Positions 12,339 through 25,162 of a stretch of 64,000 bases of DNA are shown here, piece after piece. The notes below the pieces were generated by a model, which was not told where the DNA came from, did no database searches, and saw nothing but the letters and a program-made list of their open reading frames with translations. This DNA comes from Podarcis pityusensis (taxonomy: Eukaryota). The first letter of the stretch is position 1. Each line of letters starts with the position of its first letter. The stretch lies in assembly GCA_964106645.2 (NCBI GenBank), contig OZ078259.1. The stretch is one strand, 5' to 3'. Position numbers and translations under genes: made by a program.

Positions 12339-13626
12339 CTGGCAGGGGAAGATGGAAGAGTAAAAGCTTAAGGTGGCCATATTGCTCCAGAGCCAGCTCC
12401 CTTGGAGGGAATGAGCCACTCTAAAATTGTGCCGGGGGGATCCCTCCTGCATTTCCCACCCCACCTTGATCATTCTCCATCAATTAATGAGAAAAGAAAT
12501 CACATTCAACAACTATCAAATTTGGGTGAAATTCTCTCCCTTTTACCTTTATCTTACTTTCCTGGTGGCTGAGGGATATTTGCCAATGTTCTCTCAAATC
12601 TACAAATCATCTCACCACTGGCTGCACCTTCTGCAGGATCTTACAGGGGCTACCACCAAGCAGTGCTCCTGGCAAAATGCCATTGGCGAGAACCAAAAAC
12701 TAGCCCCTCCACCACCCCATGTGTGGTGGCTCTATATGTGCCTGCCGTGATCTGGGCTACAACTGCATGGATAGCAGTGGCTTCATACCCCCCTCTCCCA
12801 ATTGATTGATTGCATAATATTTGTATACCACTTGACTGTAAAAAAACAACAACCCTCAAAGAGGCACCAGATGTGGTCCCCTCCCCATGGAGGTGTCAGT
12901 TCTCAAACAACCCTGCAGCCTTAGGGTGGGAAAGCAACAAGCCCAGCTTTGCCTGTCTGATATATTCCCAATGCATTGACACCAGGGGAGTGAGGAAGAC
13001 ACACTGCGTTTGGTGCCTGCTAAAAATTGTTTAGCCAAGCTTTTTTTTTTGGTAACTTGTAATTTCATTTTATAATATACTAGGGGTTGCCACCCCTGCT
13101 GTCGCCTTCCCCACTGTGTGCCAATGCAGCTACCGCGCATGTTCACTTTACTTGCTAACCCCATCTACCCCTTTTGGCTTTCCGCGACACCTGACCAACC
13201 TCTCTTCCCTTTACACCTCACCTATCCACACTCCCCCCCCCCACAGCTTGCCCTAAGCCCCACCCCTTTTAAAGGAGGGGGTGGCAATTCACAGAGTGGC
13301 TTGCTAAACAGCTGTGTGCAGCTCCTCTCCCTTCTATGTTAAGCCTCACTGCAGGCACATTTAATGGAGGGGGGAGGTGTTAATAGAAAGCAGCTTGTTA
13401 AACCACTTTATGAAGGACCACTCTGCCTTCCATTAAACCTGACTCTAGCTGTGTTTAATTGGGGGGGGGGGGTGTTGCTTCACACAAGAGCTTGCTCAGC
13501 TTTTGTGTGAAGAGCCTCCCCTCCCCCTAAGCCTTGTTGCATGCCTTTTTAGTGTAGGGAGTAGGTGCTTTGCAGTGCTTCCCTTCCCTGTTAAAATAGC
13601 TCACCTGTTCTTCATGCTGTAGTTGA

Positions 13627-13660
13627 CACTGCCCCCTACTGGCGGCCATGCAAACTGCAG
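13627..13660 (-). promoter_or_regulatory. Candidate CTCF site in BRD3 intron 8
   Basis: Minus strand CTGCAGTTTGCATGGCCGCCAGTAGGGGGCAGTG: core CCAGTAGGGGGCAG plus an upstream TGCAG module. Confidence 0.6.
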
Positions 13661-14735
13661 AGCATAACGGCACCTTGCATTTCTCCATACTGTATATAGG
13701 AAAATATCTTTTTAAATTCCTATTTTATTTTGGGGGTAGTGGGTGGGAAGGTTAAATTGGCCATCATTGCGTCTAAAGAAATAAAAGCCTCTCTCAGTAC
13801 AATGACTGATGGGCTCTTTCCCATGTTCAACCACAAGCTTACAAACACACCACAGACCACCTGAATGAAGCTCGTGGTCTACTGGTAGTCCACAGACCAA
13901 GGTTTGGGAAGAGATGCCCTTATGGGCAGCCTCCCCTACCCACTTGTGGGGCTGTCTTTTCCCCCAGAGGTCTGTGAACATCCAGTCCCGAACATTTCCT
14001 TGCTTGGCCATCAACTGATGGATGAACACATCAACATTCAGAATAGGGTCCCTTCTAATGTCATTTTTGTTTTTTCTATCCCTGCATTTTTAACTTGCCC
14101 CAGGCACTAAGGATTGAGTGAGAATGGAACTTCGTATTTTTTTTTTTAAAAACCACACACATAAAAATAAATAGTCCTAAAATAAAAATGGAACAAAAAC
14201 AGAGCAAGGGGTCCCTTTTAAAAGTGTTAAAACACAAATAAGACTTGGTTCAGCAATATCACTGTGTGTCCCACCTCCACCCCAGGAAGAAGCAGAGACA
14301 TCACCTTTAAAAGAATTATCATGAGGACTAGAAATTTGCCCATCATTAAACAAGAAAAAGAAAAAAGTGGGATTCTCAGGAAATCTGGTGGGAGCACTGG
14401 GTTATCGCTTTGGATTGCAAACACTCTATGGACTCAGCAGCACTGGCTGTGGAAGAGAATGTACTGCCAATAGGTTCCCCCCACCCCCCGCCCAATGGAG
14501 GAGGACTGAAATATGGGACTTTGTCTAAATCATCATCAGATCCTTTAACAAAACTCCTAAGATAAGCATCAGTTAAAAGCAGTGATGAGGCCCTGCCCTT
14601 GGGGGCTCACAATCTCATTTTTTCCTACTCTCCTGCCATGCCAAGAGCAACAAAACTCAAAAAAGCCCTCTAGAATATAAACTGTTGTAACAAAATAGTC
14701 TATAGCGGGCCACCTAGCTCAATTCTTATCTAAAC

Positions 14736-14874
14736 CAGGTGTAAGAAACATGTGGTGCCCTCTAGATGACGCTGGACTTCCAGCTCCCATCAACCCCCGC
14801 CAGCCACACTGACAATGGTCAGATGGGAATTGTGGTCCAACAACATCTGGAGGGCCCCCAGGCCCCCATCCCTG
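14736..14874. mobile_element. Older foldback hAT MITE (related degenerate copies near 4362-4500, 14977-15115, 32440-32580)
   Basis: CAGG...CCTG, TSD ATCTAAAC / ATCTAAGA, GATGGGAATTGTGGTCCAACAACATCTGGAGGG core. Confidence 0.75.
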
Positions 14875-16696
14875 ATCTAAGAAGGAGTATTCCACTACTG
14901 CATGCAAGAGGTGGAAGGATGCCTCTATACAGAAGAGACATTCCCTCATGTGAGAGTGGAATCCCTCTCCTTGGATAAAGGGTGGGGAACCCGTGGCCCT
15001 CCATTTCTTGTTGGACTTCAACTACTATCAGCCCCAGCCATCTTGGCCAATAGTCAGGGGTTGATGGGAGTTTTAGTCCAGCAAACAGCTGATGGGCCAC
15101 TGATGTTCTCCAGTGCTGCTTTAAGCATTCTCTCATCATTGACCAGATCCAGGTGCTTTTAAAATTCCCGTCCTCCATGACTGTTAAAAGGATCAGAACT
15201 CAAAGCTCTTGACCTCTTGTCACCCTCTCTTTTCCCCTTTCATCCCCAATTTATTTTAAAACAAATTTATTATCAAAACACCTGCAGAATCCCACCTTGC
15301 CAGCTGAAGCCCAGAGCTTTACTGGATCAGCAGGACGGAAAAATTATCTCACATGCAACACAGCAACACAGCTTACAGATAGGATATTATATATATATAT
15401 ATATATATAGCTATGCTAATGCTACACAACTTGACATATCCGGACAGCAATAAGAAAATGAAAATTTTAAAATTAAAATTAAAATAAACAAATACATTCC
15501 ATCCATTCCAGTCTCGGGAGTCATTGACCTTGTAGCACTGCCTCAATGATCGGGAACAGTCCTGTGTGAACAAGAAGACAGGCGAGGAAGCTAATCGTGC
15601 ATCCTGAGTGCGAATCCATTTGGTAGGAAGGGAGGGGGGGAAGGGTAGGGGATCCCGCAATCTGCATTTGCCACATGAACACACAAAAAATTACACTCTG
15701 GTCTCCCAAGGAATCCTGAGAATCTTTTCATTTTTTCCTCTCTTTCCTTTTAAAAGGGCCAACTTTCTAGCCCTCCAGGCCACTCAAAGTGCATGAAAAC
15801 GCAAGGGCTAGCAGCATTTCCCCCACTCGCAATTCTTTTTTCATAATGTATTTTTTGCATTATAAGAACCACACAATGTATGCCTTCAGGCACCCAATTT
15901 TTTAAAAAAGAAAGAAAGGTTCCTAGTAAGCCAAAACTGTTTGGATTATTTTGGGATTATTTTTTTTTTAAAGCCTCTGAATATTAGCCACATTGCAGTT
16001 TACTTTATAAACACTAAAAAGCAGGACCTTGTTTCAAACAAGTAAATGATCATTTAAATTCTTCAGAGGCAAGTGTAGCTCTCATATTACAGATCAGCCC
16101 AACTGAGACTAAGTGACTTATACTCCAAAATAAGTTATTTTGCTGAGGTGGTTCTCAAACTGAAGACTTCTAGAACCATATGTGTGCTGGCTGAACACTA
16201 GGTTTTTTCACAGACATATTTCATAGATACCAAAATGTCAAGCAAGCTCACGTGTAGAGGGGCTTTTATTGGAGCTTGGCCTGGAACCCATTGGGAATGA
16301 GATCTCAATGTTTGTTTGTTTTTAAAGGACCATAAGAACATAATAAGAGCCATCCTGGATCAGGCCAGTGGCCCACCTAGTCCAGCATCCTGTTCTGACA
16401 GTGGCCAACCAGATGCCCCAAAGGGAAGCCCGCAGGCAAGACCTGAGAGCAACAGCAACTCTCCCCGCTTGTGATTCCTAGCTACTAGCATTCAGAAGCA
16501 TCATTGCCTCTGACAGTGGAGGTAGACCAAAGCCATCATGCCTAATAGCCATTGATAGCATTCTCCTCCCTTAACCTGTCCAGTCCTCTTCCAAAGCCAT
16601 CCAAGTTGGTGGCCATCACTGCCTTGCAGGACTGAGTTCCACAGGTTAACTGTGTATGGTGTGGAAGAGGACTTCTGGCATGGGACCACCTCTCAC

Positions 16697-16888
16697 CTGC
16701 TCCTGCAGCTCAGCCAGCCGTGTGGCTCTTTCCTCTTCAGAGTCTGAGCTGTCCGAATCGGAGGAGCTCTCCTCGCTGCTATGGCTGCTTTCCATGCTTT
16801 TGCTGACAACGGGTGCCGTCTGTGGGGGCTGGGCCAGGGGCTCTGCCGGCTCATCCGGCATCTTGGCAAACCTCATCTCAAAGACGTC
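16697..16888 (-). CDS. BRD3: BRD3 exon 8 (BD2 end, Ser/acidic region)
   Basis: 192 nt, [14 protein letters not shown]...[17 protein letters not shown]; CAG/GTGAG boundaries. Confidence 0.96.
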
Positions 16889-19228
16889 CTGCGTGCGGAG
16901 AGAGAGGGCATATGAAAGAGAGAGGTTTGTAGAGGGGGCAGAGAGAGCCCACAACCCTTCTAGGAACATAAGATAAGCCACTGGCCACATCCAGTTCAGC
17001 ATCCTGTTCTTACAATGGCCACCCAGATGCTCCAAAGGGAAGCATGCAAGTAGAGTCCAAGCACAAGAGCCCTCTTTCCTTCTGTGGTTCCCAGCAACTG
17101 GTATTCAAAAATATCATTGCCTCCGACCATAGAGAAAGAGCACAGCCATAGAATCAAAGAATCACAGAACTGTAGAGTTGGAAGGGACCCCAAGGATCAT
17201 CCCCAAGTCCAACCCACTACAATGCAAAGAATCACAGCTAAAGAATCCATAGCCAGCAGCCATTGACAGCCTTATCTCTTCCATGAATTTGTCTATTCCT
17301 CTTTTAAAGCCATTTAAGATTGGTGGCCATCACCACTTTCCATGACAGTGAGTTTCCCCACCCCCTCCACCCACTTTCTCCTTGGAAGCAGTGTTCCCCA
17401 ACCTCCCATTCAAAAAAATAAACAATTTGGAACAAAGGCAAGGATGTGAAACACAAGAGCATCATTGCTGAGTCACCCCCACAAAAAAAAGATGGGACGT
17501 ATATTGGCCAACTGGGCATAATCTGCTTTGATGCAGCCTAGTTGCAGAATCCTCTCACATTTAGCTGTTATTTCTACACTGCAGGGGATTGGACTAGATG
17601 CCCCTTGAGGGCTCCTTCCAACTCTCCAATTCTGTGCTTCAAACCAAATCGATGAAAAGCTAACAGGACTTGATGATAAATAGCTAAATTACAGGAAGCA
17701 GATGCTGAAATTGAAATGCCTTCCATACAAGGATTTGGAGGAGAATATAAAATCACAAATAGTGATATGGAGAATTGTCTGGATATGGCATTGATGGATT
17801 TGAGAGGGGGGAAGCACTGGGAAAAACTTCATTCCTGGCCTTTCTTCAGTTCTAGCAGACAAAGTATATTCTGCAGTCAATTTGGAGTGAATTCAGAGAA
17901 TGCTGCTGCTAAATTTATGCTATTCTCTATGGAAAAAGACTTGGAAAAACAAAAAAAATCAAAGGTCCTAGAAGAGCAGATTGGGATGCTATCATAAATA
18001 CAACAGGAAATGGAAACACAACAGGAAATGGAATTTGAACATACAGGACATGGACTAATGGATATATAGTAAGAAAAATATATAATATTATCCCAATATG
18101 TGACCAGACTGGATAGATTTAAAATGAACACAGACAGAAGAATTTACTGTCAGCTGATATGGAATAATGCTGGTGGGAATTAATGGAGGTAAAGTTAATA
18201 TTAAAGAAAAAATATGGTTGACAGGTACCAATAATAACAATTCGGGAACCTATCTTAGGCTTTTTGTTGAGAAAATAAATGATTGATTCTGAGTCACCTT
18301 GACTTAAAAGAAATATTGTTTAACAGAAAATAGAGAAGATGGGTGTTAGCATGGACTGAATGTTTTAAATAATCATATTTTTAATGTACATGGAAATGTC
18401 ACTCTTTCAGGACCAAATGCTGGGAGGAGAAAGGAAAGATTCCAGGTGAGAGCTGGGAATGAGCTACTGTCCCCTTTAGGTGGTAAGGGCTACAAATTAC
18501 TCTTAAGACAGGACTCCATATTCTACTTATTCTGTTTGTATTTTTTGTAGCAGTTTTTATTGTGTTATTTAAAAACTTTAATAAAAATCTCATTACAAAA
18601 AATGATAGCTCCCCCTCCCCTCCCCAGAAGGGACACTTCTGTCCATATGCCCAATTATGCAAACCAAACCAAACTCACCTGTCCTTCACCTCCAGGTAAA
18701 TACCCAGCTGGTCTAAAAATGCCTCACCTGTCAGCTAACCAGAGGCATCCACTTGATTATCAGTGCTTGTAAAGACCTCTGTCATTGCCTGCATGATTCC
18801 CCCCACCTCCCACAACTGCTCAGGCAAAACCCCCCCAAAAAACCCCCACCAGGTCACCCAATATCACCGTGACATCAGGTGACTGACAGGCCGGCATCCT
18901 CACCCACCTGTCATAATTTTGCCCAGTGGGAGGAGAGGAGAAAAAGCTCTGGCCCACCAGCGGGACTTACTTGACCACCTCTGCTCCCAATGCAGATGTG
19001 CATAAATGATCCACTCTGCTCCTATGAGGAGGCTGCTTGTCGCTTCTCTGCCTGAGTCACTTCCCTGGGACAGGCCAAATCAGGGACAGAAATGCATTAT
19101 TTTGGAGGCAGGCAAGGGGAATTAGGCACAATCCAAAGCCTCATAGGCACCTTTAACAAGGAAATTAATTTATTTCTCATATCAGTTTTTGAGTCTCTGT
19201 TCTGGTTCCATTTTGTCCATCACTTTAC

Positions 19229-19357
19229 CTGAAGCTTCCTGGCCATAGCCACGACTTCATGATCTGGAGGGTTGTACTTATAACAATTAGAGAACATTAA
19301 CCGAATGTCCGCCGCAAAGCTCTGGGCATCTTGATAATCCCGAACGTCCATTTTTTT
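19229..19357 (-). CDS. BRD3: BRD3 exon 7 (BD2)
   Basis: 129 nt, [43 protein letters not shown]. Confidence 0.97.
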
Positions 19358-20827
19358 CTGCAAATACAAGAAAGTCGGGAGGGAAGGAAGAACAGGGAGA
19401 GGGAAAGTTGGATAACAGGTCGAAAAAGCCCTAAGCAACTTGAATTCACATATGCAGAAAGTTTTTTTTTCTTTTTAAGGCAGAGTTTAATCTGGGGCAG
19501 GGCTGGAAACCATCGACAAACTACTATGGTCACTGCAGAGAACAAAACAATTATTTACAAGCACTTTTGATGCTTAGAAATGCTACAGGAATAAAATGAT
19601 ACAGCTGAGAGTATGTCATGTGGGATTTGAGTTTTGCTCATGTATGTTGTGACGGTGGTGGACTCTCCTTCATCGGAGATTTTAAAGCAGAAGTTGAATG
19701 GTCATCCATCAGGGATTCTTGAGCTGTGATTCCTGCAATTCAGGGGGTTGGATTAGATTACCCTTGACCCCTGAACCCTAAAATTCTATTATATCAGAAA
19801 TCTGCCAGCAAGCATTGGAGGAGCAGCAAAACAAGTCCACTGTTGATGGACCAGGCCACAACTCCCCCTCATCCAATGCCAGCATCAGCCTGGCAGCTGC
19901 CTCTGATGGTAGTCCCTGGGTGCTGCCTGATTAGTTTTGACCTGTGACAGGGTCTTCTCTGTGGTGGCTTCCTGGTTGAGGAAAGCCCACCCTAGTGAGA
20001 AGCACTTGTCCCAACATTATTAACTTTCAGGAGGGGTTTGAAAACATTGATGTATGACCCTTTTAACCCAAGCTTGTGGTGGCTGAAGAAGACTGTTCCT
20101 GGCAACCCCAAAATCACTGGATTTAAAACATTTTAAATTGTAACCGTTTTTAATTATAATGGTTTTTAAACGCTCCAGCGTTGTTTTTTCTTTTAAACTG
20201 TATACCTGTTTGCTGCCCTGAGCTCCTTGGGGAGGGAGGGCTGGGCATGAATTAAATAATAAATATAATCAGTAGGATTTGCAACTGGGACAAGTTCAAG
20301 AAGTTATGGTTAGTGTATTAAGCCCTTAACAACTTGGGACCAGTTTACCAGTGAGATTGCCTTGGTCATATATAAGCACTTGACTGCTTCAGTCCATAGA
20401 ACTGGCACTGTCCCATGTGCCACATAATGCCCACTCTGTGCTTTTAAGAACTCAAACTTGCACTGTAGAACGCCCTGCCTATTGGCAGCAGGGAGGTGCC
20501 TTCACTACCTGGTGCTTGCTTAAAACCTTTTTGTTTGGACAAGCCTATCCAGGCATGCAAACAATTCCTAGTCTCCTTTTAACTTACCCTTATATTTCAC
20601 TACGAAAAGGTTAACAGGCCTTTTTTAAAAAGTGATCTAGCGGTTAGAGTGTTGGCCTAGGAACTTCAAATCCTCCCACTCGGCCATGAAGCTCACTGGG
20701 TGTGACCTTAGCTCACAGCCACTGCCTCTCTCAGCCTGACCTAACCTACCTTACAGGGTTGCTGTGAAAAGGGAGGAGGAAAAGGTGGGCTATCAACACA
20801 ATGAATCAAGATTAGCAGGGGACATAC

Positions 20828-21199
20828 TTTCACAGTACTGAGATCCATCGGGTGCTTGATGATGTCATGGTAGTCGTGCAGCTCGAGAGCCTCAGCATCC
20901 ACTGGCTTGTAGAAGGGCCAAGCATATGCTGCATGCTTCTTGGAGAGCATCTCCTTGAGGATGCTGTCACAGTACTTGAGGTGTTCGGAGAGCTTCCCTT
21001 TCTTCCCCGCGTGCTGGGGCACCTCCCCATCCTCCAGGTCTTTCTTGGGTGGCTTGATGGGCCGGCCCCCGCTCTCCCGGCGGGCCACCACCTTTGCCTG
21101 CTTGGAGTCCAACAGCGGGGTGGGCGACTCACTCCGACTGGCTGTGATGGCTGATGTGGTCGGGGTGGTTGTGTCCGCTTTCCGCTTCACTCCCTTTTT
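20828..21199 (-). CDS. BRD3: BRD3 exon 6 (motif A, BD2 N-half)
   Basis: 372 nt, [13 protein letters not shown]...[37 protein letters not shown]. Confidence 0.97.
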
Positions 21200-21399
21200 C
21201 TGAAATTCAAAGGAAAACACACATACACAATTTTTAAAAAATTAATTTTCTTCTAAAAGGAGAGGCTACAAATAATAAATGATGAATGTATGGGCCCTTT
21301 ATTCAGAACTATGAGGACTAGAATCTTGCTTTGGATGGGCCATAGATCACTGGTAGTGTATGTAAGAGGGTCTCAAGTTCAATCCCCACTTGCAACTCT

Positions 21400-22190
21400 T
21401 TTTTCTTTTTAAATTTATCATTTTCAATTTTACATAGTTTGCACAATGACATTTAACCAAAATACAAACCATACATTTATCATCGATTTTCCTTTCCGCC
21501 ACCTTCCATGCTTCGTTTTATTAACCCATTGCCGCTCCAAATTCTAATTATTCCGTATTCTCTTTTTTTGAAAATAAATAAAAAATAAATAATTGTCCAG
21601 TAGCACCAACTAAGTTTGTTCTGGGTATAAGCTTTTGTGTGCATGCACACTTCTTCAGCTTATACCCAGAGCAAACTTACGTTGGTCTCTAAGGTGCTAC
21701 TGGACAATTTTTTAATTTATTTATTTCGACTGCGTCACACCAACACGGCTACTTACCTGAATCTCTCTTTTTCAGTTTTATTTCAATATACTTCATACTG
21801 ATGAATTTATTCTAACACTGCTAACATTTTAGTTTACAATAATTTTTCAAGTATGTTGTAAATCTTTTCCAGTCTTTCTTAAAAATTCTTTCATCCTGGT
21901 CTCTTAGTCTGCTAGTCAAATTAGCCATTTCTATATATTCTATCAATATAATCTGCCATTCCTTTGTTGGTATTGTGCCCTCCTTCCATTTCTGAGCATA
22001 TACCATTCAGGCTGCTGTAGTTGCATATGAGATTTTCCTGATCTCTAGGTATATCTGCATCAATTATTCCTAAAAGAAAACTTCCGGTCTTTTTACAAAT
22101 TTCCTTTTAAACATTTTTATTTTCAATTCATTATGTATCATCTCCCAGAAGCTCTTAGCCATTTTACACGTCCACCACATACTGTATGAT
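21400..22190 (-). mobile_element. L1/Tx1-type LINE 3' fragment
   Basis: MWWTCK-type zinc-knuckle remnant, YAQKWKEGTIPTKEWQ...FKKDWKRF, T-tract (poly-A on minus) near 21400. Confidence 0.8.
21572..21765. mobile_element. Penelope-like element remnant (inverted pseudo-LTR) nested in an L1-type fragment
   Basis: Long inverted repeat TTGTCCAGTAGCACC...GGTGCTACTGGACAA around a hammerhead-like core. Confidence 0.7.
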
Positions 22191-22247
22191 AAAAGGTACT
22201 TCCTACTCTATGATTCCTGTGGGTTGGATTTATTTTCTTTTGCTTAC

Positions 22248-22474
22248 CTTGACAATAGGTGACATAGCAGTTACCACAGGCATGATGGGAGTGGCAGCAG
22301 GAGGGGGAGGCAGTGGGGGCACAGCAGCAGGGGCCGCAGCAATGGGGGAGATGTTCGCGGTGATGGTTGGCACGGGCGTGGCAGCGATGACTGGCGTCTG
22401 CGACACGGAGGGAGGGACATTCTGGAAGGGGGCTGATGGAGACACGGAAGATAAGGCTGCTGGGTGCTGAGCTC
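22248..22474 (-). CDS. BRD3: BRD3 exon 5 (Pro/Ala-rich linker)
   Basis: 227 nt, (G)[40 protein letters not shown]...MSPIVK; TAG/GTAAG boundaries, phases fit. Confidence 0.93.
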
Positions 22475-22781
22475 CTAGTTGTTGTTTTTTAAAAAAAGAA
22501 AAACAAGAGAGAAAAGGGTCAAAGTAGCAAACCCCTCCCTGGTTCTTTTGGGGATGAAGGCCAGCTCAATCAGAAACATTCTACCCCAGCTGGTCATGAT
22601 GATAATTACTGTTTAAGAAACGGTGCCCGAGTTTGCTGCTTTTTTCTTCTTTCCCCTCTCCCCTCCCTCTCCCTTCTTCCTTGTGTGCCGCTTCTTTCAT
22701 GACTGCAAGGTCTTCTGCAACGTCTTGTTCCATTAGCTTTTGCCAAAAAGCAAGCTCCAACAGGCGTTTCCTACCCCTGAA

Positions 22782-24226
22782 TAGGGCCAGGCGATATATC
22801 ACTATATTGTCTTATAATCAATATTAAGAGCAAATTGTGATACCCATTTTTTAAAAATTACCTGGCAATATATCGTGAGTTGTGTGTGTGCTTGTGTGAA
22901 ATAGTCAAAAAGCATGATATTGCAAAAATCGGGAAGCCAACGCTGCTTCCTGTCCTGTTGCAGCCATTGTTATTGCTAACTCTGCCTCAGCTGCTTCTCT
23001 GTGCTTCCTGTCGCAGCAGCAGCAGCAGGCTGACGCAAAAATCACTCACTTAGAAACTTTGTGTGCACTGCAGGGTAAACTCTCTGCCTTAGCTCTCCGT
23101 CTCCCCTGCCTGCCTCCTCAGCGGCAGGCAAAAACTCTAAATCTGCCTGAGTGCTCTGTCTCCTGAGCAGGTGGAGCTCAACAACCTGCGAGCAGGAACT
23201 TCCTTCCCTCAGAGACAACAGGCTCTTGCTGAATCTGGAGCCCCCTTTCTCCTCCTGTTCTCACGTAATAATATAAACTGGGGGAGTAGTAAAGAGAAAA
23301 ACACACTGCTCTAGCATAAGAGCTGCTTCCCTCTTTCCCTTCTTGTGCTTGTTGTGGGTGTGCGATTGTCTGTGTGTATGTCTCTCTCCCTCCCCACTCC
23401 GATGTTTGTGTTTGTGTTTTGTTTCTGAGAAGCAGCAGAACACCTTGTGTTGTTGTTGTTTTAATTAACCCAGCCTCTCTCCACTGGCAGGCGGCAGGTC
23501 ATCTTAACTTTACTCTAAAGTAGCTCTTCCCCTCTCTCCCACCCCCGCTTCCCCTGTCTCAAGCAAGCTGCAGAGAAGCACACTACGTAGTTGCTTCAGA
23601 TTAAAAGAAAGAAAAACACGCTGCTGTGGCATTAGAGCCGTTTCCTTCTTCCCCCTGCTGTGCTTCTTGGTTGTGGGTGTACGATTGCCTGTGTCGTGTG
23701 TGTGTCCCTCCCTCTCCATCTCCTGTGTTTGTGCGCGTTTTGTTTTTATGAATACGCAGAGCAGTTTTTTATATAGTGGTACCTCAGGTTAATAACTTAA
23801 TTTGTTCTGGAGGTCCATTCTTAACCTGAAACTGTTCTTAACCTGAGGTACCACTTTAGCTAATGGGGCCTCCCGTTGCCGCCGCTGCATGATTTCTGTT
23901 CTCACCCTGAAGCAAAGTTCTTAACCTGAGGTACTATTTCTGGGTTAGCAGAGTCTGTAACCTGAAGCGTCTGTAACTTGAAGAGTCTGTAACCTGAGGT
24001 ACCACTGTATATATATAAAATTAACTTAGCCTCTTTCTGCTAGCAGGCAGCAGCTCCTCTTCTTAACTTTAAAGTAGCTCTCCCGCCCCCCTCCACCACC
24101 TCCCCTGTCCCAAAGAAACTGCTGAAGAACATGTTCCGTAGTTGCTTCAGATTAAAAGAAAGAAAAACACGCTGCTCTGGCCACTTCCCTCTTTTCCCCA
24201 TCTGCATGTATTCTCTCTCTCTCTTG

Positions 24227-24265
<39 letters not shown>

Positions 24266-24497
24266 CACGAACGCAAAATTGTCTCTGTCTCCCTCAATAT
24301 GCTCCTCATTTTCTCCTCTAGACCCTCCTCCCTACCCTGGAACTCTTCTCGATTCTCCTCTTACCCCTTTGCTTTCTCACACATTTATTATTAAGTTATT
24401 AACATTAATATATTTTCCAGAAATCTGTAACGTTACTGTTGAAGCACGCTATCAATGAGTAAATTTTCATATAATTAAATGCATCAAATTTTCCTTG

Positions 24498-24532
<35 letters not shown>

Positions 24533-25162
24533 TTTAATCTTTTTTTATTCTGTAAATTTCTATCCATTCTTTCTGGTTTCGCCTGCATTATAAAAGAAAT
24601 GCAGATTCCCCTGGCACTAAAAATATAAAATTTGTTTAGCAATTTTTTTATTCTGTTAAAATTTATCCATTTCATTCACACTATTTTGGCCTGGTTTAGA
24701 AAATAAAATTAACAAACAATCTAATAACTGGTGTTGTGGGATGCACACATTCAACGAAGACTCAATAGTGAAATATATTTGAATATCTAAAAGTGTGACA
24801 GTGATTGTGAATTGGCTTTTTTTCTTGTTTCGTAATGTAATTTATTTTTTAGGAAACATTCTCTCACCTTACCTTTGATATCTATGCTACTGAATTACTT
24901 CTACAGCTTTAATTTTAGAGAAAATGTGCTAATTTAAACATTATCAGTACAGTGGTACTATAACAGTTTTAACAATATGTTAAAGGTAAATAAAAATCTA
25001 TCAATTTTAGAGTTAGACCTGTAGGTAGGAGCAGTTGCCAGGGCATTACCACATTCACTTCTACATAGTTCCAGCCTTATTTCAAGCATTGTGATATACT
25101 GAAATATAATGTTTAGCTGCTGATATATTGTCATATTGAAAACCAGATATCACACAGCCCTA
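22782..25162. mobile_element. Non-autonomous hAT DNA transposon, about 2.4 kb
   Basis: TIRs TAGGGCCAGGCGATA / TATCACACAGCCCTA; perfect 8-bp TSD CCCCTGAA (22774-22781, 25163-25170); no transposase ORF. Confidence 0.8.
23774..24007. mobile_element. Tigger-like MITE nested in the hAT element (opposite orientation to the 4746 copy)
   Basis: TAGTGGTACCTC...GAGGTACCACTG with TA flanks. Confidence 0.88.

Noticed and set aside
17640-18602. ORFs of 84-93 aa in an A-rich block ending AATAAA plus A-tract
   Set aside because: Looks like a decayed retroposed L1-like fragment; no intact frame or identifiable product.
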